Notes: generated by a model from the letters alone, not told the origin. DNA of 64,000 nt from Chloroflexota bacterium (GCA_016179765.1 JACPCL010000036.1:134110-198109); one strand, 5' to 3'. Positions 8,341 through 18,091 are shown, counted from the stretch's first letter. Numbers and translations: made by a program.

Positions 8341-9840
8341 ATGGGTGGGGCGGCGGCGTGGGCCTTGGATGGCGTCGTATCCCGAGAGTCATCTTACTGC
8401 AAGGGCTGCCGGATGGTAGTGAGAAGGGTAATGGGCGTTGCCCCGCTTCGCCTGGCGCTGGGGATGCTCTCCGCCGTAGCTGTGGCCCTGGGAGTCATTG
8501 GCGCAACCCACGGGCGCGATGAGCATGTGCTTCTCCTGCGGGTCAACGGCGTCATCAATGGCGTCACCGATGGTTACGTTGCCCGTGGCATCAGGGCGGC
8601 AGAGGAGGAAGGGGCGAGGCTGATTATCATTGAATTGGACACCCCTGGGGGGCTTCTGGACGCCACCAGGAAGATAACGGAGCGCCTGTTGGATTCCCCT
8701 GTCCCCGTGGTGGTGTACGTCACTCCGTCCGGGGCGAGGGCCGCCTCGGCGGGGGCGTTCATTACCGCCTCTGCTACCTTTGCCGTCATGGCGCCGGGGA
8801 CCAACATTGGCGCTGCCAGCCCCGTAGGCGGCGGCGGTGAAGACCTGCCTGAAACGCTGAAGTCCAAGGCGTTCAACGATGCCGCCGCTGAGATGCGGAG
8901 CATAGCTGACCTGCGAGGCCGGAACAGGGAAAAGCTGGAGGCCATGGTGACTCAGGCTATCTCCCTCACTGCCGAGGAGGCCCTGGCCTCAAATGTCGTG
9001 GATTTCGTCGCGACCGACAGTGGCGAGCTTCTGGGAAAACTCAACGGGCGGGAAGCGGTCATCCGGCCACCGGGCGGCCGACGGATAACGCTGGATACGC
9101 AGGGGCTGGTGCTGCGCCCCATGGACATGAGCCTGGTGGAGCGGTTCCTGCGGTTCATTGCTGACCCGAACGTGAGCTTCCTGCTTCTTTCGCTGGGCGG
9201 TTTGGGCCTTATGGTGGAGCTGTTGAATCCTGGATTGATCTTGCCGGGGGTGGTGGGAGCAATCCTGGTGGTGCTTGCCTTTCTTGCCCTGGGTAACCTT
9301 CCCGTGAACTGGGCGGGTGTGGTGCTCATCTTGCTCGCCGTGGTCTTGGCGGTGCTGGAGTTCTACGTGGCAGGCTTTGGCGTCCTGGGCGTTGGAGCCA
9401 TGGTGAGCTTCGCGCTAGGCGCCTTTCTCCTTTTCTATCACACAGGTGGGCCGTCACCTACCATGCCCCGCATCGGCATCAGCCTGTGGATTCTGACCCC
9501 TTCGGTGGTTCTCTTGGGCGGCGGAGGCGCTTGGGTGCTCTCCACTATCGTCCGGTCCAGGAAGGAGGCCCCGGAGGAGGGGGTCTCACGCCTGGTTGGC
9601 GCAACAGGCTACGCGGTGACGGAGCTAGCGCCCAGGGGCGTGGTGCAGGTAGGGAGCGAGCAGTGGAGCGCCGTTACAGGGACTGGACAGAGCATTGCAG
9701 CGGGCCAAGGGGTTCGCGTAACCCAGGTGAGAGGGGCAATCATGCTGGTGGCGCCAGCAGAGGCGCCACCAGCAGGTGCGGTGTCCAGGGAGCCCGGTGA
9801 CCATGGCGGAGAGCGATCCGATCCCGTTCCAGGAGGTTGA
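8341..9840 (+). CDS. NfeD family membrane-bound ClpP-class serine protease
   Basis: Signal/TM region, ClpP-like domain (IIIELDTPGGL, ARAASAGAFI), several TM helices and a C-terminal NfeD OB-like domain. Directly precedes the SPFH gene. True start may be 8431 (MGVAPLRLAL...). Confidence 0.8.
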   Translation: MGGAAAWALDGVVSRESSYCKGCRMVVRRVMGVAPLRLALGMLSAVAVALGVIGATHGRDEHVLLLRVNGVINGVTDGYVARGIRAAEEEGARLIIIELDTPGGLLDATRKITERLLDSPVPVVVYVTPSGARAASAGAFITASATFAVMAPGTNIGAASPVGGGGEDLPETLKSKAFNDAAAEMRSIADLRGRNREKLEAMVTQAISLTAEEALASNVVDFVATDSGELLGKLNGREAVIRPPGGRRITLDTQGLVLRPMDMSLVERFLRFIADPNVSFLLLSLGGLGLMVELLNPGLILPGVVGAILVVLAFLALGNLPVNWAGVVLILLAVVLAVLEFYVAGFGVLGVGAMVSFALGAFLLFYHTGGPSPTMPRIGISLWILTPSVVLLGGGGAWVLSTIVRSRKEAPEEGVSRLVGATGYAVTELAPRGVVQVGSEQWSAVTGTGQSIAAGQGVRVTQVRGAIMLVAPAEAPPAGAVSREPGDHGGERSDPVPGG

Positions 9841-9841
9841 T

Positions 9842-10711
9842 ATGGCCATCAACATCATCCGGCAGTACGAGCGCATGGTGGTGTTTCGCTGGGGGCGATA
9901 TGTGGGGCCACCCCGAGGGCCAGGGTTCCGTTGGACATGGCCAATCCTTGAAGCCCGCAGGGTAGTTGACCTGCGGGAGACCTTCATGGACATTCCCCGA
10001 CAGACGTGCATTACTAAGGACAACGCCCCTATAGGCGTAGACTTCCTCATCTATTTGCGGGTGATGGAGGACAGGCCAGAGGCCACGGTGTTGCAGGCGG
10101 CCGATTTCGTCGGGATGGCCCGCGGGCTGGCCACTACCACCTTGCGGGCCGTGGTGGGTGACATGGACCTGGACGAGGTCCTGTCCAAGCGGGATCAGGT
10201 GAATGCGATACTGCGCACCAAACTGGACGAGGCTACCGAGGCGTGGGGCGTGAAGGTGACCAGGGTGGAAATCCGGGAGATTGATCCGCCGCGAGAGGTG
10301 CAGGAGGCCATGAACCGGCAGATGGCCGCCGAGCGGGTCCGCCGCGCCACGGTCACCGAGGCTGAAGGGGAACGGCAGGCAGCCATTACGCGGGCTGAAG
10401 GGACCAAGCAGGCGAATATCTTACAGGCGGAGGGTGAGAGGCAGGCTGCCATTCTCCGCGCCGAAGGAAACCGCCAGGCCGCTATCCTCAATGCGGAAGG
10501 GTTCTCTAATGCCCTCAGGCAGATAAACGAGGCGGCCCAAACGGCGGATGCCCGGACTATGAGCCTCCAGTATTTTGAAACCCTGAAGCAGCTTGGCCAG
10601 GGGGCTGCTACCAAGTTCATCTTCCCTATGGAATTTACCAGCATGCTTCAGTCCTTCGTCACGGGCCTGAGCAGGAGGGGCGACAACGTGCCGCCTCCTG
10701 GAGATGGATGA
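9842..10711 (+). CDS. SPFH/band 7 (stomatin-like) protein
   Basis: ATG one base after the NfeD stop. MAINIIRQYERMVVFRWGRY..., then AEGERQAAI-type coiled-coil repeats. Classic NfeD-stomatin pair. Confidence 0.85.
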   Translation: MAINIIRQYERMVVFRWGRYVGPPRGPGFRWTWPILEARRVVDLRETFMDIPRQTCITKDNAPIGVDFLIYLRVMEDRPEATVLQAADFVGMARGLATTTLRAVVGDMDLDEVLSKRDQVNAILRTKLDEATEAWGVKVTRVEIREIDPPREVQEAMNRQMAAERVRRATVTEAEGERQAAITRAEGTKQANILQAEGERQAAILRAEGNRQAAILNAEGFSNALRQINEAAQTADARTMSLQYFETLKQLGQGAATKFIFPMEFTSMLQSFVTGLSRRGDNVPPPGDG

Positions 10712-10799
10712 AGCCTCCCCCTCCATTTGCCCAATCCCTGGACACCTGCTATTCTCTGAGGGTTGTTTTTAGCAAAAGGCAAAGGCAGGAAGGAACTAG

Positions 10800-11813
10800 A
10801 TGCAAGTAGCAGATGGCGTGTACCAGTTCAAGATCCCCATGCCCGTCAACCCGGGCATACCCGATGGCGGCCTCCGCTATACCCTGGTCTACGCCATACA
10901 GGTATCCCAGGGGTGGGTGGTCGTTGACGCCGGCTTGAACACCGACGAAGGGTTCGGGGCCTTCCAGGGCTTCCTGGCCGAGGCGGGCATAGCCCCCAAC
11001 GACATCAAGCTCATCTTCATCACCCACGGCCATACGGACCACGCTGGCCTGGCTAATCGCTTCAAGGAGTATACGGGCGCTCCCGTGGCGATGCACCGTC
11101 TGGACGTGGGCCAGAACCATAACCCCATGGGCCAGCGCGACCCCCAAGCTGTCCAGCGATGGATGCACCGCTACGGCGTGCCAGATGAAGAGGTCCAGCA
11201 GGGTTTTCTCAATCGCCCCCACATGGGGCCTCGCGGCCAGGATAACGCCGCCTGGCACACTCCTAACCCCAGAGTGGACATCCTCCTGGAGGGCGGCGAA
11301 GAGCTGCTGCCAGGCTCTAACCTGTGGGCCGTGTGGACACCTGGGCACTCCCCTGGACACATTTGCGTTTACGACAAGGGGCGCAAGCTCCTCTTCTCCG
11401 GCGACCACATCCTGCCGACCATTACCCCCCATGTGAGCCTTTTCCCTGGCGAGGAAGGCAACCCCTTGGCCTCCTTCATCAACGGCCATAAGGAGTTGCG
11501 AAAGCTGGACGCCGTGGCGGTGCACCCCGCCCACGAATACTCCATGCCAGACCTCAAGAAGCGCATAGACGAAATCCTGGAGCATCACCGCGAACGCCTG
11601 CATGAGGTGCTGGCGACCCTTCAGGAGGGTCCCAAGACAGCCTGGGAGGTGGCCGCCAACATCAAGTGGAACGTTGCGCCCTGGGCGCAGCTCAACGCCT
11701 GGACTCGCCGGGCCGCTATGATGGAAACCCTGGCGCACTTGCAGCACCTGGTGATGGAGGGGGAGATTGCCAAGCAGGAGGCTGGCCCGGTGGTCACCTT
11801 CTCCCGACGGTAA
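10800..11813 (+). CDS. MBL-fold metallo-hydrolase
   Basis: THGHTDHAG (HxHxDH) motif plus downstream His/Asp ligands. Confidence 0.8.
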   Translation: MQVADGVYQFKIPMPVNPGIPDGGLRYTLVYAIQVSQGWVVVDAGLNTDEGFGAFQGFLAEAGIAPNDIKLIFITHGHTDHAGLANRFKEYTGAPVAMHRLDVGQNHNPMGQRDPQAVQRWMHRYGVPDEEVQQGFLNRPHMGPRGQDNAAWHTPNPRVDILLEGGEELLPGSNLWAVWTPGHSPGHICVYDKGRKLLFSGDHILPTITPHVSLFPGEEGNPLASFINGHKELRKLDAVAVHPAHEYSMPDLKKRIDEILEHHRERLHEVLATLQEGPKTAWEVAANIKWNVAPWAQLNAWTRRAAMMETLAHLQHLVMEGEIAKQEAGPVVTFSRR

Positions 11814-11833
11814 CGCCCGCAGAAGAGTTGAAG

Positions 11834-11874
11834 GTAGAGATGGGTGTGCGGAAAAGCCGCACACCCATCTCTAC
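11834..11874. terminator. bidirectional hairpin between convergent genes
   Basis: Long perfect stem gtagagatgggtgtgcgg-aaaa-gccgcacacccatctctac between the MBL (+) and isochorismatase (-) gene ends. Confidence 0.55.
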
Positions 11875-11884
11875 TTACGCAACG

Positions 11885-12595
11885 CTACAGAATCGTCTTC
11901 ACCACCTGGATGCCGTTCAGGGCCATGTGGTACAGGAAGAGCAGGTGGAAGAGGTCGCCCGGGTGTGCCAGAGCGCCCAGAGCCTTCGCCGAGGTGATGG
12001 GCATGTCGTAGGTCTGCACGGCGTCTATGGGCAGGATGACGCGCACTTTGTAGCCGTGGGCGTTGGCCCGCAGCCGCAGGTGCATCGCTACGCTATAGAC
12101 GCACAGGTCGGTGCAGTCTCCCACCACCATGAGGTCTTGCAACTCCAGGTGCTGGTCCAGCCAGCGGTCAAGGCTGTTTCCCAAAGAGGGGTGCAGCGAG
12201 TTCTTCTCCATTACCAGGAAGTCCCCTGAAAAGGGGAGCGCCCGCAGCTCCTCAACGGTCTGGGACTCCTGGCTACCCTGAATGCAATGGGGCGGGAAGG
12301 CGTGAAACTCCTCGGCGTCCTGGCTGTGGGTGTCCTGGCACAGGATGAAGTGGCGGACGCCATGGTGGTATGCCTTCTGGAAGACGCTTACCGCCGTTGG
12401 GACAATAGCATGGACGCGAGGGCTGGCCAGGCTCCCCTGGCTGCAAAAGCCCACTACGAGGTCCGCGGCGAATACCGCCGCGCGCCTGGGGTCCCTCACC
12501 TCCTGGCGCAGGCTGAAGGGCTGTAGGGATTGATGCCAATCTTCTAGGTAGGCAAGCATGTCGGTGGTCTGCTGGGCGAGGCTTGGGTTGACCAT
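11885..12595 (-). CDS. isochorismatase/cysteine hydrolase family protein (nicotinamidase-like)
   Basis: D..K..C triad context including VVGDCTDLCV. 236 aa. Confidence 0.7.
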   Translation of the reverse strand: MVNPSLAQQTTDMLAYLEDWHQSLQPFSLRQEVRDPRRAAVFAADLVVGFCSQGSLASPRVHAIVPTAVSVFQKAYHHGVRHFILCQDTHSQDAEEFHAFPPHCIQGSQESQTVEELRALPFSGDFLVMEKNSLHPSLGNSLDRWLDQHLELQDLMVVGDCTDLCVYSVAMHLRLRANAHGYKVRVILPIDAVQTYDMPITSAKALGALAHPGDLFHLLFLYHMALNGIQVVKTIL

Positions 12596-12625
12596 AGCAC
12601 ACCTCCACGAGAGATACGGGTGCGG

Positions 12626-13072
12626 TCAGGGCTGTTGAAGCAACTGAAGGACATTGCCATCTGGGTCTTGGAAGGTGGCCACCCAGCCGCCCCAGTGCTC
12701 ATGCTCTGGTGGCCTGAGGAACACCACCCCCTTGGCCCGCATGCCGGCATAGGCCGCCTGAATGTCCTTCACCCCCAGGTTCACCATGACGCGGAAGGGG
12801 TCTTTGGCCGGGCCAGAGACGCCGTCGTGCTTGCCCACGCTCAGGCGCAGGTCTCCCATGAGGAAGGCAACGAAGGTGGGCTGCCAGGAGTGCACCTTGA
12901 GGCCCAGCACGTCGCGGTAAAAGCCTGCCAGGCGCTCCACATCCTCGGTCCAGAGGATGACCCCTGCAATGCCGTCAATCACCCAGCGGCTGCCAGTTGG
13001 AGTTGTACCCATTGGAGCACTGCCCCTCGGATGATGGTGAACGGGCGAGGTTACCTCGCCCCTACACCGCAC
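12626..13072 (-). CDS. VOC (glyoxalase/bleomycin resistance) family protein
   Basis: Paired beta-alpha-beta-beta-beta type sequence (GVILWTEDVERLAGFYRDVLGL...). Start may be the internal Met at 13012. Confidence 0.65.
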   Translation of the reverse strand: MRCRGEVTSPVHHHPRGSAPMGTTPTGSRWVIDGIAGVILWTEDVERLAGFYRDVLGLKVHSWQPTFVAFLMGDLRLSVGKHDGVSGPAKDPFRVMVNLGVKDIQAAYAGMRAKGVVFLRPPEHEHWGGWVATFQDPDGNVLQLLQQP

Positions 13073-13075
13073 CCT

Positions 13076-13528
13076 CTACTCCCCCTCGTTTGCCGCTATG
13101 ACCTTCAGCAGGTCATGGCGCGTCACAATGCCCACCAGCTCCTTGTCGCGCACAACGGGCAAGCGGTTCACCCGGTGCTTCAGCATCCTCTCCACCACCT
13201 CTCCAATGGGGACGTCCTCAGTTACCACCTCTACGTCCCTGGTCATGACCTCCTTTACCAGCCGGACTCGCACTTTTTCGGCGATGTCCTCAATCGCCTT
13301 GGGATCTGCCCAGGAACCCAGGAGCTGGTACAGGTTGTCCGCCAGAGGGAGAAGCTTGCGTTGGACACCAAAGTCGGAGTGTGTCAGGATGCCAACGATG
13401 TGCTTGCTTTCGTCCACGACCACCAGGGCGCTCAGATTTGATTGCAGCATCAGGTTAGCCGCCTCCTGTACGGTGGCTTCTGGCCCAATAGTGACGACGG
13501 GGCTGCTCATGATGTCTTTGACTTGCAT
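13076..13528 (-). CDS. CBS domain pair protein
   Basis: Two CBS repeats (MSSPVVTIGPEATVQEAANLM...; VMTRDVEVVTEDVPIGEVVERM...). ATG at 13528 preceded by GGAG. Confidence 0.8.
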   Translation of the reverse strand: MQVKDIMSSPVVTIGPEATVQEAANLMLQSNLSALVVVDESKHIVGILTHSDFGVQRKLLPLADNLYQLLGSWADPKAIEDIAEKVRVRLVKEVMTRDVEVVTEDVPIGEVVERMLKHRVNRLPVVRDKELVGIVTRHDLLKVIAANEGE

Positions 13529-13612
13529 TCTCAGCTCCTGAGTTGGTGTGCCTTTATAGTGAAGGCAAGAGGGGCGCAACGCAAGAGCGGTGGAAATTCC
13601 GGTTGCTTTGAC

Positions 13613-14872
13613 TTACCTCAAGAACCCTACCGCAAACTCCAGCCACAGGACGCCAATGGAGGCCAGCAGCGTCAGCGTTGTCACCACCAGTCCCACTTTC
13701 AGAAACTCCATGAATTTCATGACGATGCCTTCTCGGTAGGCCCCCTCCGCCACGATGATGTTGGCAACCGCCCCAATAATCGTGGCGTTGCCGCCCAGGG
13801 TTGCACCCGCGGCCAGGCTGATCCACAGGGTATCTCCTGGCACGCGCTCCACAAGCGGGATCATCAGCACCGTAAGGGGCACGTTGCTCACCAGTTGGGA
13901 CGCCACGGCGCTGACGGCGTGGATGGATACGATGCCGCCCACCGTGGAGGCCACATCCACCCTGTCCAGGAGCAGGTCCAGCACGCCCGCCTGGCGTGCT
14001 CCTCCTATCACCACAAACAGCCCTCCAAAGAAGAGCAGAAGCACCCAGTCCACCTTTTGAATCACCTCTGAAGGCTTGATGCCGCTCAAGAGCATCGCCG
14101 CCACCCCAGCCACCAGGGCCACCAGCGGCACGCGAATCCCTAGAAAAGAGCTGAGGAAGAAGGCTGCCATTGCCGCCACGAGCACGGGTGCGGACCGCTT
14201 CAGTCCCTGGTAGTTTATGGGAACGGGGGACGAAAACTCTATGGCCCTGCCAATGACCGCAGCCTCCTTCTTGGCCCACGTTCTGCTGTAGAAGACCCAC
14301 AGCACAGCTAGCAGGATGAGTGTGCTGGCGGCTGCGATAGGGGCCAGGTAGCCAAAGAAACGGGCGAAGGAGATGCTGGAGGTCACGCCAATGAGCATGT
14401 TCTGTGGGTTGCCCACGATGGTCGCCGTGGAGCCGATGTTGGAGGCCATGGCCTCTCCAATCAGGTACGGCACAGGGTTAAGGCTCTGGGTCCGGCAAGT
14501 CTGGACCACCACCGGCGTGAACAGCAGCACCACCACGTCGTTCACCATGAACGCGCTGGACACCGCCGTCACTAGGACCACGCTGGCCATAAGCTTGCCA
14601 GGGGTATTGGCGATGGCCACAGTGCGTGTAGCCAGCAGCGTGAAGAAACCCTGGCTCTGCATAACAACCACCAGAAGCATCATGCCAAGGAGCAGTGCAA
14701 GGGTGTTGTAGTCAATGGCCGCTACCGCCTCCTCAAAGGTCAGCACGCCCAGCGCTACCATGAGGACCGCCCCGGCCAGTGCAGCAGCGGGGCGGTCTAT
14801 GTTCACGCGGGGGAGCCTGGTGAAGGCCACGCCCAGGTACGTGGCGGCGAGGATCAGGGCAGCGAGGAGCAT
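13613..14872 (-). CDS. ArsB/NhaD (SLC13-like) superfamily permease
   Basis: 419-aa polytopic membrane protein with an N-terminus typical of this family (AATYLGVAFTRLPRVNIDRPAAALAGAVLMV..GV). Substrate not inferable. Confidence 0.65.
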   Translation of the reverse strand: MLLAALILAATYLGVAFTRLPRVNIDRPAAALAGAVLMVALGVLTFEEAVAAIDYNTLALLLGMMLLVVVMQSQGFFTLLATRTVAIANTPGKLMASVVLVTAVSSAFMVNDVVVLLFTPVVVQTCRTQSLNPVPYLIGEAMASNIGSTATIVGNPQNMLIGVTSSISFARFFGYLAPIAAASTLILLAVLWVFYSRTWAKKEAAVIGRAIEFSSPVPINYQGLKRSAPVLVAAMAAFFLSSFLGIRVPLVALVAGVAAMLLSGIKPSEVIQKVDWVLLLFFGGLFVVIGGARQAGVLDLLLDRVDVASTVGGIVSIHAVSAVASQLVSNVPLTVLMIPLVERVPGDTLWISLAAGATLGGNATIIGAVANIIVAEGAYREGIVMKFMEFLKVGLVVTTLTLLASIGVLWLEFAVGFLR

Positions 14873-15118
14873 AGAAGCGCGATGGCCTCCTGAAAGGCAA
14901 TGCCCCTATTCTACAGCGTGAAGCCTTTGGTTGCCCCATTCCCAGGCCTCTCAATTCCTCCTCATTGAGCTTACGCCTACCGTCCCTTTGCCCCAAGCTC
15001 TAAGAAGATCCTGGGGGTGGATACCCGCATTCAGTCAACGCGCCCTTTCCTCTAGCCCCGCAATTGACCTCCGCTTCCGATACCCCTAGAATCAGAGGTG
15101 AGGTAAGGAGGCGTTCCC

Positions 15119-16063
15119 TTGATACGCATTGGCATGAACCCGGACATCATCAACGCCGGCGGCTTTGTGCTGAGCTGGCATGGCTTCTTTACCTTCGTCG
15201 CGGTGGCCGTGTCGGTCTTCCTGGTGGCGCGCTGGGCCAGGCGGGACGGCATAGACACAGAGTCGGTGTACGCGGTGGCGGTGTGGGCCGTGGTGGCGGG
15301 CATCCTAGGCGCGCGAGCGGTGCACGTGATAGACCGGTGGGACTACTATAGCCAGAATCTTGGGCAGGTGTTCGCGGTGTGGCAAGGGGGTATTGCCCTG
15401 TGGGGGGCCATCCTCTTTGGCTTTCTGGGAGGCGCAGGCTACATCGGGGGGCGCAAGCTCCTGGGGCGCATCTACGCTGGGCAGACCATGGGCTGGTGGA
15501 AAAAGCTGGTGGGGGAGAGGATTGCCCAGGGCTACTTGAAGGGGGCCATGTACGCCCGCTTCAAGGAGTTCTCCATTGGCCGCCTGGCGGATCTGTCGGC
15601 CCCGGGGCTGCTTATTGCCCAGACCATCGGACGAATCGGTGACATCATTAACGGAGAGCACCTCTCGGTGCGGACGGACCTGCCCTGGGGGTTCGTCTAC
15701 AGCCATCCGGCCAGCGGGTCCTTCCAGCTGTGGGGGTTGACGGCCAGCCAGCCGGTTATCGCCTACGAGATGCTCTGGAACATGCTTGTCCTGTTTGTCA
15801 TCTGGAAGCTGCGCGGACGGCTAGCTCCTCCGGGAATGCTCTTTGCCCTGTACCTGATGCTCTACTCCCTTGGGCGGTTCTTCATCCAGTTCCTGCGGCT
15901 GGACAAGGAGTGGTTTGCGGGGTTGCAGGAGGCCCACCTGATCGCCCTGGTGGTGCTGGCCATTACGGTTCCGCTCCTGGCGTACAAGGCGCGCTTTGTG
16001 AAGCCCGCGCCTGCGCCGGCGGTTACCGCACGCCAGCGCCGTCGGGCGAGGGGGAAGGGATAA
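15119..16063 (+). CDS. lgt: prolipoprotein diacylglyceryl transferase
   Basis: TTG start after AAGGAGG. Lgt motifs W.GGIALWGAI and GRIGDIINGEH. Carries an internal insertion relative to typical Lgt length. Confidence 0.8.
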   Translation: MIRIGMNPDIINAGGFVLSWHGFFTFVAVAVSVFLVARWARRDGIDTESVYAVAVWAVVAGILGARAVHVIDRWDYYSQNLGQVFAVWQGGIALWGAILFGFLGGAGYIGGRKLLGRIYAGQTMGWWKKLVGERIAQGYLKGAMYARFKEFSIGRLADLSAPGLLIAQTIGRIGDIINGEHLSVRTDLPWGFVYSHPASGSFQLWGLTASQPVIAYEMLWNMLVLFVIWKLRGRLAPPGMLFALYLMLYSLGRFFIQFLRLDKEWFAGLQEAHLIALVVLAITVPLLAYKARFVKPAPAPAVTARQRRRARGKG

Positions 16064-16095
16064 ACGGGTATGTAGGGGCAGTGTTACCTTTTACT

Positions 16096-16126
16096 TTCAA
16101 GGAGGCTCCAAGGGAGCCTCCTTCTC
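16096..16126. repeat. hairpin repeat family B (TTCAAGGAGGCTCC-N4-GGAGCCTCCTTCTC), simple copy
   Basis: Between the convergent lgt and recJ ends. Same unit at 22429 and, nested, at 16855 and 18025. Confidence 0.7.
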
Positions 16127-16145
16127 ATGCCCCTGCACGGTTCTG

Positions 16146-18050
16146 CTACCCCGTCACCCGAAAGTCCAGCACCCGCAGTTGCAGCGACTCCTGTCCCGCC
16201 CACCGGTCCACCTCTACGACGTAGACGATGTCTAGCTGCGCTGCGCCCCTGGGCAAACGCTCCGCCTGGCTGAAGGCCACGGCGCTCCAGGCGACGCCGC
16301 GGTCCCGCAGGTTGAGGCGCAGGTGCTTGCCATTGGCGCCCAGCGGGCGCACCCCTGCCACCTGAACACCCCGGCTAAGGAAGACCGGCTCCGGGTTGCC
16401 GGGGCCAAAGGGGGCCAGGGCCTGCACCTGGTAGTACACCTCTTTGGGCAGCGCACCCAGGGGCAGCTCTAGGTCCACGTCCAGGCAAGGCGGTGGAGGC
16501 TCGGCGGCGGGCGAGTCTGTGCCAAAGGCCTGGCCCAGGGAGGCTCTGGCCAGCCTGAGAAGAGCCTGGCGCAGCCTGGGCAGGCGAGGGGTCTCCACTG
16601 TGAAGCCGGCGGCCTGGGCGTGGCCTCCGTGCCTGGCGAAGCCGCCAATCTCATCGGCCACCTGGTACAGAGCGCGGCCTATGTTGAACCAGGGCACGCT
16701 GCGGCAGCTTCCCCGGCTGGTCTTCTCCGCCAGGCTCACCACCACGGCGGGCCGGGCGAACTCCTCCGCCAGCCTGCCGGCTACCAGGCCAATAACGCCT
16801 GGAGAGAAGGAGGCGTCGCCTACCATAAGCAGGGCCTCCACCTCCTTATCTTCCTTCAAGGAGGCCCTATCTTCATTCAAGGAAGCTCCAAAGGAGCTTC
16901 CCTCTCGGAGGCCTCCCTCTCCTATGGCCAAGAGGGCCTTGGCCTTCTGGTAGGCCTCCTCGGTCATCTCCTGACGCTGGCGGTTCTGCTGCTCCAGGAC
17001 TTGGGCCAGGCTCTGGGCCTCTTGGGGCGATTGAGTCGTGAGCAGGCGGTAGCTGATCACGGCGTCATCAATACGGCCAGAGGCGTTGAGGCGTGGGGCC
17101 AGGACCCAGCCGACGGCCTCGGTGTCTATGGTGCGACCCTCCAGCTGCGCCGAGCGCATCAGGGCAGAAAGGCCAGGGGAAGGCGCGCTGGTCAGATAGT
17201 CCAACCCCTGCCGGACGATGGAGCGGTTTTCGTCCAAGAGAGGCGCAACGTCGGCGATGGTTCCCAGGGCGGCCAGGGTAAACAACGTCCCGACTGGTCG
17301 GGAGTGGGCGACCGTGGGAACAGGCGTGACGTCGTATAACGCCTGGGCCAGCTTCAGGGCCAGGCCCGCGCCGGTGAGGTCGGGGAAGGGGTAGCGGGAG
17401 TCCGGCAGGCGGGGGTCCACAATGGCCAGAGCTGGGGGCAGCCGGGCGGGAGGCAGGTGGTGGTCGGTGACGATGGTGTCCATGCCTGCCCGAGCAGCGG
17501 CGGCAATTTCTTCAGCGGAGGAGACGCCGCAATCCACGGTGATCAGAAGGCGGACGCCCTGGGCGGCCAGTTGTTGCACAGCCTGGAGGCTGAGGCCGTG
17601 GCCCTCGTCTATGCGGTGAGGAATATAGGGGATGACCTGGCAGCCCAGGGGCCGCAAAGCTGTGGCCAGCAGGGCTGCGGCAGAGACGCCATCCACGTCA
17701 AAGTCGCCGAAGACGGCCACGGGCTCCTTGCGCTGGAGGGCGCCCCGCACGCGCTGGACTGCCGCCTCCATGCCCGGCAAGGCAAAAGGGTCGTGGGAGA
17801 GGGGTTGGCCGGAGAGGAAGGCGCGGGCTAGGGAGGGTGAAGTGATGCCCCGGTTGACGAGGAGTTGCGCCTGCAAAGGGGGGAAAGGGGCCAGAGCGTG
17901 CCTTGCAGCCTGAGATATGGGCGGTCGGATGCGCCACGCCTTTTGCCCCCCGGCAAGCACCCCCGCGGTGGTCTCTTGATTGTTCGTGCTGTCCCCTCCC
18001 ATCAGTCGCCTATCGACATCCTCTTTCAAGGAGGCCCTATTATCCTTCAA
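16146..18050 (-). CDS. recJ: single-stranded-DNA-specific exonuclease RecJ
   Basis: DHH motifs (VFGDFDVDGVS, ITVDCG, VTDHH) and a DHHA1 region. Start more likely the Met at 18002, because codons 18003-18050 lie inside a repeat copy. Carries an in-frame repeat insertion at 16855-16921. Confidence 0.9.
   Translation of the reverse strand: MKDNRASLKEDVDRRLMGGDSTNNQETTAGVLAGGQKAWRIRPPISQAARHALAPFPPLQAQLLVNRGITSPSLARAFLSGQPLSHDPFALPGMEAAVQRVRGALQRKEPVAVFGDFDVDGVSAAALLATALRPLGCQVIPYIPHRIDEGHGLSLQAVQQLAAQGVRLLITVDCGVSSAEEIAAAARAGMDTIVTDHHLPPARLPPALAIVDPRLPDSRYPFPDLTGAGLALKLAQALYDVTPVPTVAHSRPVGTLFTLAALGTIADVAPLLDENRSIVRQGLDYLTSAPSPGLSALMRSAQLEGRTIDTEAVGWVLAPRLNASGRIDDAVISYRLLTTQSPQEAQSLAQVLEQQNRQRQEMTEEAYQKAKALLAIGEGGLREGSSFGASLNEDRASLKEDKEVEALLMVGDASFSPGVIGLVAGRLAEEFARPAVVVSLAEKTSRGSCRSVPWFNIGRALYQVADEIGGFARHGGHAQAAGFTVETPRLPRLRQALLRLARASLGQAFGTDSPAAEPPPPCLDVDLELPLGALPKEVYYQVQALAPFGPGNPEPVFLSRGVQVAGVRPLGANGKHLRLNLRDRGVAWSAVAFSQAERLPRGAAQLDIVYVVEVDRWAGQESLQLRVLDFRVTG
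16855..16921. repeat. nested family B hairpin repeat inside the recJ coding sequence
   Basis: 67 nt nearly identical to 18025-18091: an outer GGAGGCC/GGCCTCC stem encloses a complete inner unit TTCAAGGAAGCTCCAAAGGAGCTTCCCTCTC. Read through in frame as ...GSSFGASLNEDRASLKED... Confidence 0.75.
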
Positions 18051-18091
18051 GGAAGCCCCAAAGGGGCTTCCTTCTCTGGGGCCTCCCTCTC
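18025..18091. repeat. nested family B hairpin repeat at the recJ 5' end
   Basis: Same architecture as 16855-16921. The inner stem differs by a compensatory pair (GCTCC/GGAGC versus GCCCC/GGGGC). Confidence 0.75.

Noticed and set aside
10749-11864. 371-aa ORF on the minus strand opposite the MBL hydrolase gene
   Set aside because: It is fully antisense to a gene with clear family motifs (HGHTDHAG). Its product is Gly/Val/His/Leu-rich with no recognisable motif, which is typical of shadow ORFs in high-GC DNA.
12620-13441. 273-aa plus-strand ORF spanning the VOC and CBS genes
   Set aside because: It is antisense to two genes with recognisable domain patterns, and its own translation is His/Leu/Val-rich without motifs.
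18003-18050. N-terminal 16 codons of the recJ track ORF (MKDNRASLKEDVDRRL)
   Set aside because: These codons lie within or next to the family B repeat copy at 18025-18091. The Met at 18002 gives a RecJ N-terminus of normal length.
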